Positions 28,364 through 38,150 of a stretch of DNA of 64,000 bases are shown piece after piece. Under the pieces are notes generated by a model, which ran no database searches, was not told where the DNA came from, and worked only from the letters and a program-made list of their open reading frames with translations. Position 1 is the stretch's first letter. Each line of letters starts with the position of its first letter. Source of the stretch: an uncultured Bacteroidales bacterium (GTDB taxonomy: Bacteria; Bacteroidota; Bacteroidia; Bacteroidales; JAUNSR01); assembly GCA_947074145.1 (NCBI GenBank), contig CAMTOJ010000015.1, positions 44 to 64,043 on the forward strand, written 5' to 3'. Position numbers and translations under genes: made by a program.

Positions 28364-30913
28364 TTAGAAAGTAATATGCATTGAAACTCGTACACCGCTT
28401 TTATCAATATTGGGATGATTAAGATAAGAAAGACGCCAAACATAATCAACTCTTAAGAGTTTGAATATATTTTCAATACCTACCGAACACTCCATATATG
28501 GCTTCTTTCCCATTTTAAAAGATTCTTCAGGAAAAACAAAAAGACCATTATCGGCATTAGGAATATTTTTATCCGAAAGGGCTCCAATAAATCCCTTAAA
28601 AGTGGTTACTTCTCTCCACTTAAGTAGTTTCAAGAAAGGTATTCTATTAAATATTAACCCATTAGGAAAATAAGAAATATCCCAAGAAATATATTCATCA
28701 TTAATAAACTCAACAGGATTCAATAAAGAATATGTTCCCGGCTGAATTGTATAAGAAAGATTGGCATTCATTATTGCAAGCATTGGAAAAGGTGCTTTAT
28801 TCCATATTTTACTTGCTTGTAATTGCATATCCATATATCCCATAAAGGATAACCATTGTCTTTTATCGAAAGTGAAATTAGTTCGATTTATAGAGAAGTC
28901 AGAACCCAAAACATCCTTTTGCCCATAAATATGAGAAAGAGTAAAAATAGGGACCGTTGGTGCCAGATTTATCCTTCTTGCTTTCATTTGATAATACCTC
29001 TCCTTTGGAGCATATCTCAATTTAAGCTCAGCCATTGCCATATTATAATGAGGGACAAACTCTTTTTCTCCATTTTTATTTAATCGATCAAAAGGCACAC
29101 AATAAGTTGAATAATTTGTCTGATAACGAGCTGCTAAAATATATGATAATCCTGACAAATGTTCTCTCCTATATACAATCTCTGCATTTCTAAGATAAGT
29201 CACACGATTGTCTGATTTACGTTTAAGTGACAAAACAATATTATCAGCATTAGTCATGTAAGATTGACCAAGTTGATCAATATCATATTTATATAAAGCT
29301 TTTATCGAATGAACCGGAAATTCATTTGAATGAGTATTCTTTTTAAGGAAAGAATATTCAACCTCTCCTGAATATTTAAATTTCTCATCTTTAGTTCCAT
29401 AGGCACCGTATCCCCTAAAAAACCAATGCGGACTCATATTGGCAGTTGTAAATCCTCCTACTCTTATACGATTACCCTCAAATGTATTATAACTATACAT
29501 TGTATTTATAGGTCCTATATCAAACTTACTTGAGTCATTAGCTGTCGGTATATATCCGTCAACAATCCATGATATCCCCTTCTCCGTATAATAAAAAATA
29601 GGAATGCTTCTTAATTCAGTAAGAAGATTGCTTACTGAATTTTCTTTTTCATTAATCTCTAAATGTCTTTCTCTTCTCCAATAATCCTCAGTGCGGAATC
29701 TTGCTTCAGGATTCACAATCACATCTTTAGATTGGTTGAAAATTGCCATATCTTCAGGTTTATCGAATCGATGATTACTGTAACTTGTTTGCTTTTTGCA
29801 TAATAATCCTTCAACATTTTTGAACACACTAAATTCCGCGATTATATCATCTTTCATTTTCAATCTGATAGAATCTTCAGATCTGGTAAATTCCTGATTT
29901 ATAATCAATGTATTTACAAAATTCAGATTAATATCTTGAGCAGTATTGAGAACTACTTTAGTTATAAAATAAGTAGAATCCAATGTTACATAAAGATGTC
30001 CTGTAAAGCCAAAAGACTCACTATTTTGAGGTACAAATCCAAGATCCTGATGTTTAACACCATCAATATATACTGTATCAAGAAGATAAAATTTATAGAA
30101 AGAGGGTGCGATATTAGATAATGGACTTATGAATTTATTTGTAAGCAAAAGAATCTCATTTTGAAAAATATCAATCTCTCCCATGAATTCTCCTAAAATT
30201 GCATTCATATTATCCTCCGGAATCATTTCATCAAGACCATCTCTTTTATATGCATCTACATATGTCTTCTTTAGATCCTTTTCCTTACTATAATAATTAT
30301 TTTCTATAGACTCACGGGTTGATACAGTAAGAACAGGTTTATTTGTAACCTCTGATGTTTCAATATAATCTTTTAGAAAATTGAATTTTCGATAGAATTT
30401 CTTATTTAAACGAATTGAATCAAAATTGTTAAGAGAAAATGTCATTTTCTCATATTTCTGATATGAATAGAAATCCTTGTCATAAGGTATGCCTTGCTTC
30501 TTGCGAGCAATAATATTTTCAGCAAATTCAACAGCCGGATTATTTTTTCTTTTATACCTCTCTCTTTTAGGTTTTATCACCACTTCGTTTAATGCATAAT
30601 CTTCATTTTCAAGTTCAAAAACAACTTTCGATGGAATATCTTTATCAACAAATAGCGTCTTAGTCTTATATCCTAAAAAAGAAACAGAGATAATATCTCC
30701 ATATTTTACATTAAGTGTAAATTCTCCAAGCATATTAGTCGTCTCTCCTTGAGTTGTACCATAAATTATCACAGATGCATTGTCAATGACCTCTTTGGTA
30801 GATTTATCTTTGACAACTCCGCTTATTTTTATATATGGTCCATTTTGGTTGGAATAACACAATGAACTTACAAATACGATTAACAGAAAAACAAAATTTA
30901 TCCTTTTAAACAT
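28364..30913 (-). CDS. Carboxypeptidase-regulatory-like domain protein with large outer-membrane-type C-terminal region (DUF5686-like)
   Basis: 849 aa with a signal peptide. The N-terminal domain (ISGVVKDKSTKEVIDNASV) is CarboxypepD_reg-like. The C-terminus is beta-rich and ends in an aromatic residue (MHITF). The family name is from memory. Confidence 0.6.
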   Translation of the reverse strand: MFKRINFVFLLIVFVSSLCYSNQNGPYIKISGVVKDKSTKEVIDNASVIIYGTTQGETTNMLGEFTLNVKYGDIISVSFLGYKTKTLFVDKDIPSKVVFELENEDYALNEVVIKPKRERYKRKNNPAVEFAENIIARKKQGIPYDKDFYSYQKYEKMTFSLNNFDSIRLNKKFYRKFNFLKDYIETSEVTNKPVLTVSTRESIENNYYSKEKDLKKTYVDAYKRDGLDEMIPEDNMNAILGEFMGEIDIFQNEILLLTNKFISPLSNIAPSFYKFYLLDTVYIDGVKHQDLGFVPQNSESFGFTGHLYVTLDSTYFITKVVLNTAQDINLNFVNTLIINQEFTRSEDSIRLKMKDDIIAEFSVFKNVEGLLCKKQTSYSNHRFDKPEDMAIFNQSKDVIVNPEARFRTEDYWRRERHLEINEKENSVSNLLTELRSIPIFYYTEKGISWIVDGYIPTANDSSKFDIGPINTMYSYNTFEGNRIRVGGFTTANMSPHWFFRGYGAYGTKDEKFKYSGEVEYSFLKKNTHSNEFPVHSIKALYKYDIDQLGQSYMTNADNIVLSLKRKSDNRVTYLRNAEIVYRREHLSGLSYILAARYQTNYSTYCVPFDRLNKNGEKEFVPHYNMAMAELKLRYAPKERYYQMKARRINLAPTVPIFTLSHIYGQKDVLGSDFSINRTNFTFDKRQWLSFMGYMDMQLQASKIWNKAPFPMLAIMNANLSYTIQPGTYSLLNPVEFINDEYISWDISYFPNGLIFNRIPFLKLLKWREVTTFKGFIGALSDKNIPNADNGLFVFPEESFKMGKKPYMECSVGIENIFKLLRVDYVWRLSYLNHPNIDKSGVRVSMHITF

Positions 30914-31233
30914 TTGAAATGATTTAAGTGTGCAAAAATCACATATTTTTTTTCATAAACAAATGTTTAAATGACGGAAAGATTGTTCTATATTCTACTT
31001 TTCAATTAATCACCCAATTATATAAATAAATAGCTGTAAAATTCAGTATAAGAGTCAAAAAAAAGTTCATAGATTAAATCATGTATTTCATAAATAATTT
31101 CATGACTTTTATTTATTTACTCTATTTTATTTTTTACTTATTTAATTATTCTGAATAAAAGGAATAATTTTATGCTTCGAAAAGATAATTATTAATAATT
31201 AATGAATTAAATATATTATTATCCTATATAATT

Positions 31234-32535
31234 ATGGAAAATATAAGTGCTAATGGAAACGCCTCTGATAAACTTGGTGTATTAATAGTTGGGTTAGGTG
31301 GCGCAGTTGCCTCAACTTTTGTAATCGGGTCATTAAGCGTTCGTAAAGGTTATTCTAAACCAATCGGTTCAATCTCTCAATTATCTGAAATCTCAATAAA
31401 AAAAGGATCTGAAATAACAGAACCTAAAATAAAAGATATCATTCCTATAACTTCTCTTAATGATCTTGTATTCGGAGGTTGGGACATCTTCCCTGAATCA
31501 GTATATGAAGCTGCTATTCATGCAGAAGTTCTTTCAAAAGAAGATATTGAAAAAGTAGCAGATGAAGCAAAAGCTATTAAGCCTATGCCCGGAGCCTTTG
31601 ATCAGGAATTTGTAAAACGTCTTAATGGTACTCATGTAAAAGGTACAACCAACAAATGGGAATTGGTTCAGCTTATAATTGAAGATATCAGAAGCTTCAA
31701 AAAGGAAAATAATCTTGATAGAATTGTAATTCTTTGGGCTGCAAGTACTGAAATATATGTACCTATGAGTGAAGTACATATGGATATTGCATCTCTTGAA
31801 AAAGCAATGAAAGAAAATTCTCCTGAAATTGCTCCAAGTATGTGTTATGCTTATGCAGCTATAAATGAAGGTATTCCATTTATTAATGGAGCCCCTGCTT
31901 TAACAGTAGATATGCCTGCACTTATTGATTTTTCCTTAAAAAACAAAGTAGCAATTTGCGGAAAAGACTTTAAGACTGGACAAACTATGATGAAAACTGT
32001 ACTTTCTCCAATGTTGAAAACAAGAATGCTTGGTCTTAACGGATGGTTTTCTACAAATATCTTAGGAAATAGAGATGGTGAAGTTCTTGACGATCCGGAT
32101 TCATTTAAAACTAAAGAAGTAAGTAAACTTTCTGTTATTGATACCATTCTTGAACCTAAAAAATATCCGGAATTATACGGAGACATTTATCATAAAGTAA
32201 GAATCAACTACTATCCTCCTCGTAAAGACAATAAAGAAGGATGGGATAATATAGATCTTTTTGGTTGGATGGGATATCCTATGCAGCTTAAAGTTGATTT
32301 TCTATGTCGTGACTCAATTCTTGCTGCTCCACTTTGTCTTGATCTTGTGTTATTTACAGATCTTGCACAAAGATGCGGTTCTTATGGTATTCAAACTTGG
32401 TTATCTTTTTATTTCAAAAGTCCAATGCATGAGATGGGCAAAAACCCTGAACATGATTTATTTACTCAAAACGCCATTATGCGTAATAAGCTCCGTTCAT
32501 TTATCGGAGCTGAGCCTCTTGATGCTCTTGTATAA
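31234..32535 (+). CDS. ino1: myo-Inositol-1-phosphate synthase (inositol-3-phosphate synthase)
   Basis: 433 aa. It has a Rossmann N-terminus GVLIVGLGGAVAST and conserved MIPS blocks (WAASTE, GKDFKTGQTMMKT, NILGNRDG). Confidence 0.9.
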   Translation: MENISANGNASDKLGVLIVGLGGAVASTFVIGSLSVRKGYSKPIGSISQLSEISIKKGSEITEPKIKDIIPITSLNDLVFGGWDIFPESVYEAAIHAEVLSKEDIEKVADEAKAIKPMPGAFDQEFVKRLNGTHVKGTTNKWELVQLIIEDIRSFKKENNLDRIVILWAASTEIYVPMSEVHMDIASLEKAMKENSPEIAPSMCYAYAAINEGIPFINGAPALTVDMPALIDFSLKNKVAICGKDFKTGQTMMKTVLSPMLKTRMLGLNGWFSTNILGNRDGEVLDDPDSFKTKEVSKLSVIDTILEPKKYPELYGDIYHKVRINYYPPRKDNKEGWDNIDLFGWMGYPMQLKVDFLCRDSILAAPLCLDLVLFTDLAQRCGSYGIQTWLSFYFKSPMHEMGKNPEHDLFTQNAIMRNKLRSFIGAEPLDALV

Positions 32536-32569
32536 TAGATTAAACAGAAATATTAAACAGAAAATCATA

Positions 32570-32601
32570 AAAGGGGTACATATTATGTATCCCTTTTTTT
32601 A
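32570..32601 (+). terminator. Rho-independent terminator after the inositol-phosphate synthase gene
   Basis: The stem AGGGGTACA/TGTATCCCT (one non-Watson-Crick pair) is followed by T7. It ends 13 nt before the next ATG. Confidence 0.6.
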
Positions 32602-32613
32602 TAATCCTACCAT

Positions 32614-33420
32614 ATGAAAAAAATAAAACATATACTTTTTTTTCTGACAATCATAATGTTTCATTCATGCGATATTTTAGATGTACATCCATATGATTGT
32701 AAAGTTACAGGCAGAAGGAATATAAATGAAAATAGCATTAGAGAGATAGAAGAAAAATGTCTTGCAAAAGACACTATACGTTATGTTTGGACAGGAGATT
32801 TTCAACGTTGGTATGACGATACCAACGATATGGTAAAACGTATAAATAGTTTGAAAAATATCGATTTTGTAATGTGTGGTGGAGATATATCTGACTTCGG
32901 AATGACAATGGAATTTGAGCTTATCGACAAAATAATGCAGAATCTTAATGTACCATACGTAAATATCATAGGTAATCATGATATCATCGGTAACGGATAT
33001 AATACATATAAAACTATGTATGGCGATGTAAACTTTTCTTTTACAGCCGGCAATACAAGATTTATATGTCTTAATACCAACGCAATAGAATTCGATTACT
33101 CGACCTATGTCCCTGATTTTCAATTTATAAAAAATGAATTAGAGTTGTGTGGAGAAAATATATCAAGAACGATTGTTGCTATGCACGCAGAACCTTTCGG
33201 TGATCAATTCAACAATAATGTTGCAAACATCTTTCATTCCTACATAACTAATTTTCCAAATCTTGCTTTCTGTATGCATGCTCATGCCCACAACAGAAAA
33301 ATATCTGATATTTTTAATGACGGTATTCTATATTATTGTTGTGATTCAGCCAAGAAAAGAAGTTTTTATGTTTTCACACTTACTCCTGACGGATATGACT
33401 GTGAACTGGTAATTTTTTAA
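32614..33420 (+). CDS. Metallophosphoesterase (calcineurin-like) lipoprotein
   Basis: 268 aa with lipobox MFHSC. Phosphoesterase motifs: GDFQ, GGDISD, GNHD, and histidines in HAEP/HAHAH. Confidence 0.7.
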   Translation: MKKIKHILFFLTIIMFHSCDILDVHPYDCKVTGRRNINENSIREIEEKCLAKDTIRYVWTGDFQRWYDDTNDMVKRINSLKNIDFVMCGGDISDFGMTMEFELIDKIMQNLNVPYVNIIGNHDIIGNGYNTYKTMYGDVNFSFTAGNTRFICLNTNAIEFDYSTYVPDFQFIKNELELCGENISRTIVAMHAEPFGDQFNNNVANIFHSYITNFPNLAFCMHAHAHNRKISDIFNDGILYYCCDSAKKRSFYVFTLTPDGYDCELVIF

Positions 33421-33476
33421 AAACAAAGTCGATATTAATTTATTTGTCAATCAATTAAAAAACAAATAAGATAAAA

Positions 33477-34244
33477 ATGAAACAATATTTTTGGAATCAT
33501 ATAAAGCAACTTCTATTCATTCTATTTATTTTTTTATTTGTTTCAGAAATTAAATCAGCTGAATTAGGTGGGAATTTAATAATATCTGATTCATTGGTTA
33601 TAAATCGTACCCCTGATACATTGGTTTATAACAATACATTTTATATCAAAACAGATCAGATATACGATCAGAAAATTCATAAAAACAAATACGAAAAGCA
33701 TCTTGACAAATATGAATCTTTTTGGGTAAAACTTATTCCTTCTTATCAAAAGATTCAAATGTACGGTTCTATAGGGCTTGTTTCTTTGGGTACAGGTTGG
33801 GATTATTGTAATAACAAGATGGAAACAGAAATTATGTTAGGTTTTATTCCTAAGTATGATGACAGAAGGGCTAAACTAACATTTACAATCCGTGAAAATT
33901 ATATTCCCTTTACAATCAACATAAAAGACAATAGAATATCTTTCAACCCTCTTACAACAGGACTATATATTAATTCTATTCTTGATAACCGGTTTTGGAA
34001 AAAAGAACCGGAGCGTTATCCCGAAAATTATTATAAGTTTTCAACAAGAATAAGATTTCATCTTGCTTTAGGGCAACGTTTCAATTTTGATCTTGACGGA
34101 GATAAAAGTATACACAAATCAATAAGTGTTTTCTATGAAGTTGGGACATGTGATCTTTATATGATTAGTGCTGTAACTAACAAATATCTATCTCCTAAAG
34201 ATTATCTTGGTTTATCATTCGGACTTAAATTACAAATATTTTAA
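33477..34244 (+). CDS. Hypothetical secreted protein, small outer-membrane beta-barrel-like
   Basis: 255 aa with a signal peptide. Hydrophobic positions alternate and the C-terminus is LKLQIF, with a terminal Phe typical of OMPs. I recognise no family. Confidence 0.5.
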   Translation: MKQYFWNHIKQLLFILFIFLFVSEIKSAELGGNLIISDSLVINRTPDTLVYNNTFYIKTDQIYDQKIHKNKYEKHLDKYESFWVKLIPSYQKIQMYGSIGLVSLGTGWDYCNNKMETEIMLGFIPKYDDRRAKLTFTIRENYIPFTINIKDNRISFNPLTTGLYINSILDNRFWKKEPERYPENYYKFSTRIRFHLALGQRFNFDLDGDKSIHKSISVFYEVGTCDLYMISAVTNKYLSPKDYLGLSFGLKLQIF

Positions 34245-34548
34245 AAGTGAATCTTCTATTTTTAGATAGAAAAAAGTATATCAAATATTGGTTTATATCA
34301 ATATATAGATCTCATAATCTTAATTGATATTTCCTTTATATTTTTTGAATCTTAAAACTTTAAAGAAGTCATAATCTTTAGAAATAAAGATGCAATTGAC
34401 TGAATAAATCATGTAGCAAACTTCCTAAATTCATTTTTTCATAAGATTATTCTTTAATAAATATTCAAAATGATTAATGATGCAAATTATGCTTAAATCC
34501 TTTTTATAAAAATTGTATATTAGTAGTTCAATTTTGAGGATTTAAGAA

Positions 34549-36246
34549 ATGAGATATCGTTGTTTATTTTTAGTTGTTTTATTTATTCAGTCAGTTGTTA
34601 GCTTTGCCAAAAATATACCCCCACGTTCCTATCAAATTCCGGTAATATTAGAACCTCTTCTTGCCGGTAACTTTGGAGAATTAAGATCCAATCATTTCCA
34701 TTCAGGAATAGATTTCAAAACTAAAGGTACGATCGGTCACCCTATATACAATTTTGATGACGGATGGGTTTCTCGAATCGTTGTTTCACCTCGCGGTTAT
34801 GGTAGATGTCTTTATATCTCACATTACAACGGTCTTACCACGGTATATGCTCATCTTGATAAATTCTCAGAAAAAATAGCAAAATACACTGAGGATTATC
34901 AATATAGCAATGAAACTTTCGTTGTCGACACTCAGATACCTCAAGGAGTTTTACCTGTCAAACGAGGTGAGGTTATAGCTCTTAGCGGTAACTCGGGTAG
35001 CTCTCAGGGTCCTCATCTACATTTTGAAATAAGAGACACCAAGACTGAAGATGTTCTCGATCCTCTTCCCTTTTTTGTAGATAAAATTAAAGATACCACT
35101 AAGCCCGTGCTACGTATGATAAGATTTTATCCATTAGAAGGGACTATAAATAACTCCTCTACAAATTCCTACTCTACAAATCCAATTAAAAAACAGGATG
35201 GAACTTTTGCCCTAAAATCACCAATTTCAGCGTGGGGAGAGATTGGGCTTGGAATTAAAGCCACTGATCGAATGGATAGTGTTTACAATACTTTCGGTGT
35301 AAAATATATACGTCTTTTTCAAAACGATACATTAATATTTTCAATTCGCCAAGATCGATTCAGTTTTGCAAAAACAAGATACCTGAACTCTTTCATTGAT
35401 TATAAAGATTGGTATAACAAACGATCTATGGTTACTAAGTTATTTCGTGATCCCGGAAATCATCTTGACAGTTACGGAAAAATGATAAATGACGGGAAAA
35501 TAATTATTAACGAAGAGAAAACTTATAATTTCAGACTTGAGCTAGCTGATAATCATGGAAATACAACCGTTTTGCCTTTTCAGATTACAGGAAAAAAAAC
35601 AGAATTGAAAAAGAAAAAAGAAAACGGTCCATTTTTCTGTAAACATGATACTACAAATATCATTACAAAAGATAATTTCTGGTTCAATATTCCCAAAGGA
35701 GCTCTTTATACAGATCTGGATATTAAATATAGAACAGTTCCATCTGAAAAATGGAACTCTGATATACATCATGTTCATACTCCTGATGTTCCAATACATA
35801 CATTTTGTGAAATAACGATCCCTTTAAAAAAGGATAATCTTAAAGATAAAAGCAAATATTTTATTGCTACAAACAGATATGGAAATCCGGTTTACCATAG
35901 TACTGCTTACATAGACGGACAACTTATAGCTAAAGTGAGAAGTTTAGGTGAATTTTATGCAGTAGCTGATACTATTCCTCCTGTTGTTAGCCCTTTGGGG
36001 TCAACTTCATGGGGTAGATCAGGACATGTAAGATACAGAATTTCAGATAATCTTTCAGGGGTTAAGTCCTGGAAAGGAGAAATAGATGGAGAGTTTGCTC
36101 TTTTTGAATTTGATGAAAAAGTGGGATATATTTCCTATAAAATCGATAAAAAAAGAGTTAAACGAAATAAAAACCACACAATGAAGATGACCGTAATTGA
36201 TAATTGTGGTAATGAGAGAGTTGACGAACGCTCTTTCTATTGGTAA
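34549..36246 (+). CDS. M23 family metallopeptidase
   Basis: 565 aa with a signal peptide. It carries HFHSGIDF and GNSGSSQGPHLHFE zinc motifs and a long C-terminal extension. Confidence 0.85.
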   Translation: MRYRCLFLVVLFIQSVVSFAKNIPPRSYQIPVILEPLLAGNFGELRSNHFHSGIDFKTKGTIGHPIYNFDDGWVSRIVVSPRGYGRCLYISHYNGLTTVYAHLDKFSEKIAKYTEDYQYSNETFVVDTQIPQGVLPVKRGEVIALSGNSGSSQGPHLHFEIRDTKTEDVLDPLPFFVDKIKDTTKPVLRMIRFYPLEGTINNSSTNSYSTNPIKKQDGTFALKSPISAWGEIGLGIKATDRMDSVYNTFGVKYIRLFQNDTLIFSIRQDRFSFAKTRYLNSFIDYKDWYNKRSMVTKLFRDPGNHLDSYGKMINDGKIIINEEKTYNFRLELADNHGNTTVLPFQITGKKTELKKKKENGPFFCKHDTTNIITKDNFWFNIPKGALYTDLDIKYRTVPSEKWNSDIHHVHTPDVPIHTFCEITIPLKKDNLKDKSKYFIATNRYGNPVYHSTAYIDGQLIAKVRSLGEFYAVADTIPPVVSPLGSTSWGRSGHVRYRISDNLSGVKSWKGEIDGEFALFEFDEKVGYISYKIDKKRVKRNKNHTMKMTVIDNCGNERVDERSFYW

Positions 36247-36368
36247 TAGTATCATTACAATAATTATCAATTTGGCTATTTGTTACATTATAAAATTAGT
36301 TTCCGGCTTTTAACCTATACCGGAATCTTAACTTGATATACTACGGTGTATTAATCAAACACTTCAAT

Positions 36369-38012
36369 ATGAAAAAAATTATCACATTAACAGCTTTATC
36401 AATTTCACTGATAAGTATGACTAATGATGCTGAAGCATGCACTTCATTGCTTGTAGGCAAAAAAGCATCAACCGACGGCTCTACATTTATAACTTATGCC
36501 GCTGATTCTCATGTTCTTTATGGAGAACTTTACCATTGGCCTGCAAAAAAATATCCCGCCGGAACTATGCTTGATGTATATGAATGGGACACTAATAAAT
36601 ATCTGGGTCAAATTCCTCAAGTTGAACAAACTTACAATGTTGTTGGGAATATGAATGAGTTTCAGCTTTCAATAACAGAATCTACATGGGGAGGAAGAGA
36701 GGAACTTTCTGACTCTACAGGAATAATAGACTACGGTTCTCTTATATATATTACTCTTCAAAGAGCAAAAAATGCCCGCGAAGCTATAAAAACAATGACA
36801 GATCTTGTTGCTCAACATGGCTATTATAGTAGTGGTGAATCATTTTCAATAGCCGATCCAAATGAAGTATGGGTGATGGAAATGATAGGAAAAGGAGTAG
36901 GTAATAAAGGTGCCGTATGGGTTGCTGTCAGAATACCTGACGATTGTATTTCCGCTCATGCCAACCACTCAAGAATTCATACATTCGACCAAAAAGATAA
37001 GGAAAACTGTTTATATTCTCATGACGTTATCTCATTTGCAAGGGAAAAAGGTTATTTCTCGGGAAAAGACAAAGACTTTAGTTTTTCAAGTGCATATGCT
37101 CCTGTTGATTTTAGCGCTCTTCGTGGCTGTGATGCTCGTGTATGGTCGTTCTTTAATAAATACTCAAAAGGTATGGATAAATATCTGCCTTATCTTGCCG
37201 GAGAATCTAAAAAACCTCTTCCATTATATATTAAACCTGACAAACTTCTTTCGACAAGAGATGTACAGGATATGATGCGTGATCATTTTGAAGATACACC
37301 TTTTGATATGACACAAGATATTGGGGCTGGTCCTTTCAAATCACCTTACAGATTCCGCCCTATGACTTTCAACGTGGAGGGTTGTAAATATACAAATGAA
37401 AGAGCTATTGCTACACAACAGACAGGATTCACACTTGTTTCTCAGATGCGTAGTTATCTTCCGGATGCAATTGGGGGTGTTCTTTGGTTTGGTGTGGACG
37501 ATGCAAACACATGTGTTTACACTCCTATGTATTGTTCGATAACTGAAATACCGGAATGTTATAAAGTTGGCAATGGTGATATGTACAATTTCTCTTGGAC
37601 CTCAGCATTCTGGATTCACAACTGGGTAGCAAATCAGGCCTATGCTCGTTATGAGCCGATGATAGGTGATATCAGAAAAGTACAAAACTCACTTGAAGAT
37701 AAATTCAGCACTCTTCAACCATCAATAGAAAACGTTGCCCTTGAACTTTATAAGAAAGATCCTCAGAGCGCTCTGAACTTCCTTAATATTTATTCGGTAA
37801 ATGAAGCTCAAAATTCTACATCTGAATGGAAGAAACTTGGAGAATACCTTATGGTTAAGTTCCTTGACGGAAATATTAAGAAAGAGGAAAACGGACAATT
37901 TCTTCGTACTCCGGAAGGAATACCTGCTTATCCTCATTTCCCCGGATATTCAGAAGAATATTACAAATCTATCGTAAAAGATGCGGGAGAAAAATTGAAA
38001 GTAACATTTTAA
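36369..38012 (+). CDS. C69 family dipeptidase
   Basis: The signal peptide is followed directly by the nucleophile Cys (EACTSLLVGKKASTDGS). The ORF track opens at TTG 36333. I prefer ATG 36369 (MKKIITLTAL). Confidence 0.85.
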   Translation: MKKIITLTALSISLISMTNDAEACTSLLVGKKASTDGSTFITYAADSHVLYGELYHWPAKKYPAGTMLDVYEWDTNKYLGQIPQVEQTYNVVGNMNEFQLSITESTWGGREELSDSTGIIDYGSLIYITLQRAKNAREAIKTMTDLVAQHGYYSSGESFSIADPNEVWVMEMIGKGVGNKGAVWVAVRIPDDCISAHANHSRIHTFDQKDKENCLYSHDVISFAREKGYFSGKDKDFSFSSAYAPVDFSALRGCDARVWSFFNKYSKGMDKYLPYLAGESKKPLPLYIKPDKLLSTRDVQDMMRDHFEDTPFDMTQDIGAGPFKSPYRFRPMTFNVEGCKYTNERAIATQQTGFTLVSQMRSYLPDAIGGVLWFGVDDANTCVYTPMYCSITEIPECYKVGNGDMYNFSWTSAFWIHNWVANQAYARYEPMIGDIRKVQNSLEDKFSTLQPSIENVALELYKKDPQSALNFLNIYSVNEAQNSTSEWKKLGEYLMVKFLDGNIKKEENGQFLRTPEGIPAYPHFPGYSEEYYKSIVKDAGEKLKVTF

Positions 38013-38026
38013 TCTAAAAATAAGAA

Positions 38027-38070
38027 CTGCACCACAGAAGTTAAAGAATGACTTTCGTGGTGCAGTTTTA
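38027..38070. terminator. Terminator hairpin between convergent dipeptidase and TonB-dependent receptor genes
   Basis: The 9-bp stem CTGCACCAC/GTGGTGCAG has a 21-nt loop and is followed by TTTTATT. Confidence 0.55.
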
Positions 38071-38150
38071 TTATAAATGACACAGCTTTTGATCAAAAGT
38101 TGATCAGAGATATACTATTCCATAAAACGGAGAAATTAGTTTATGAAAAG

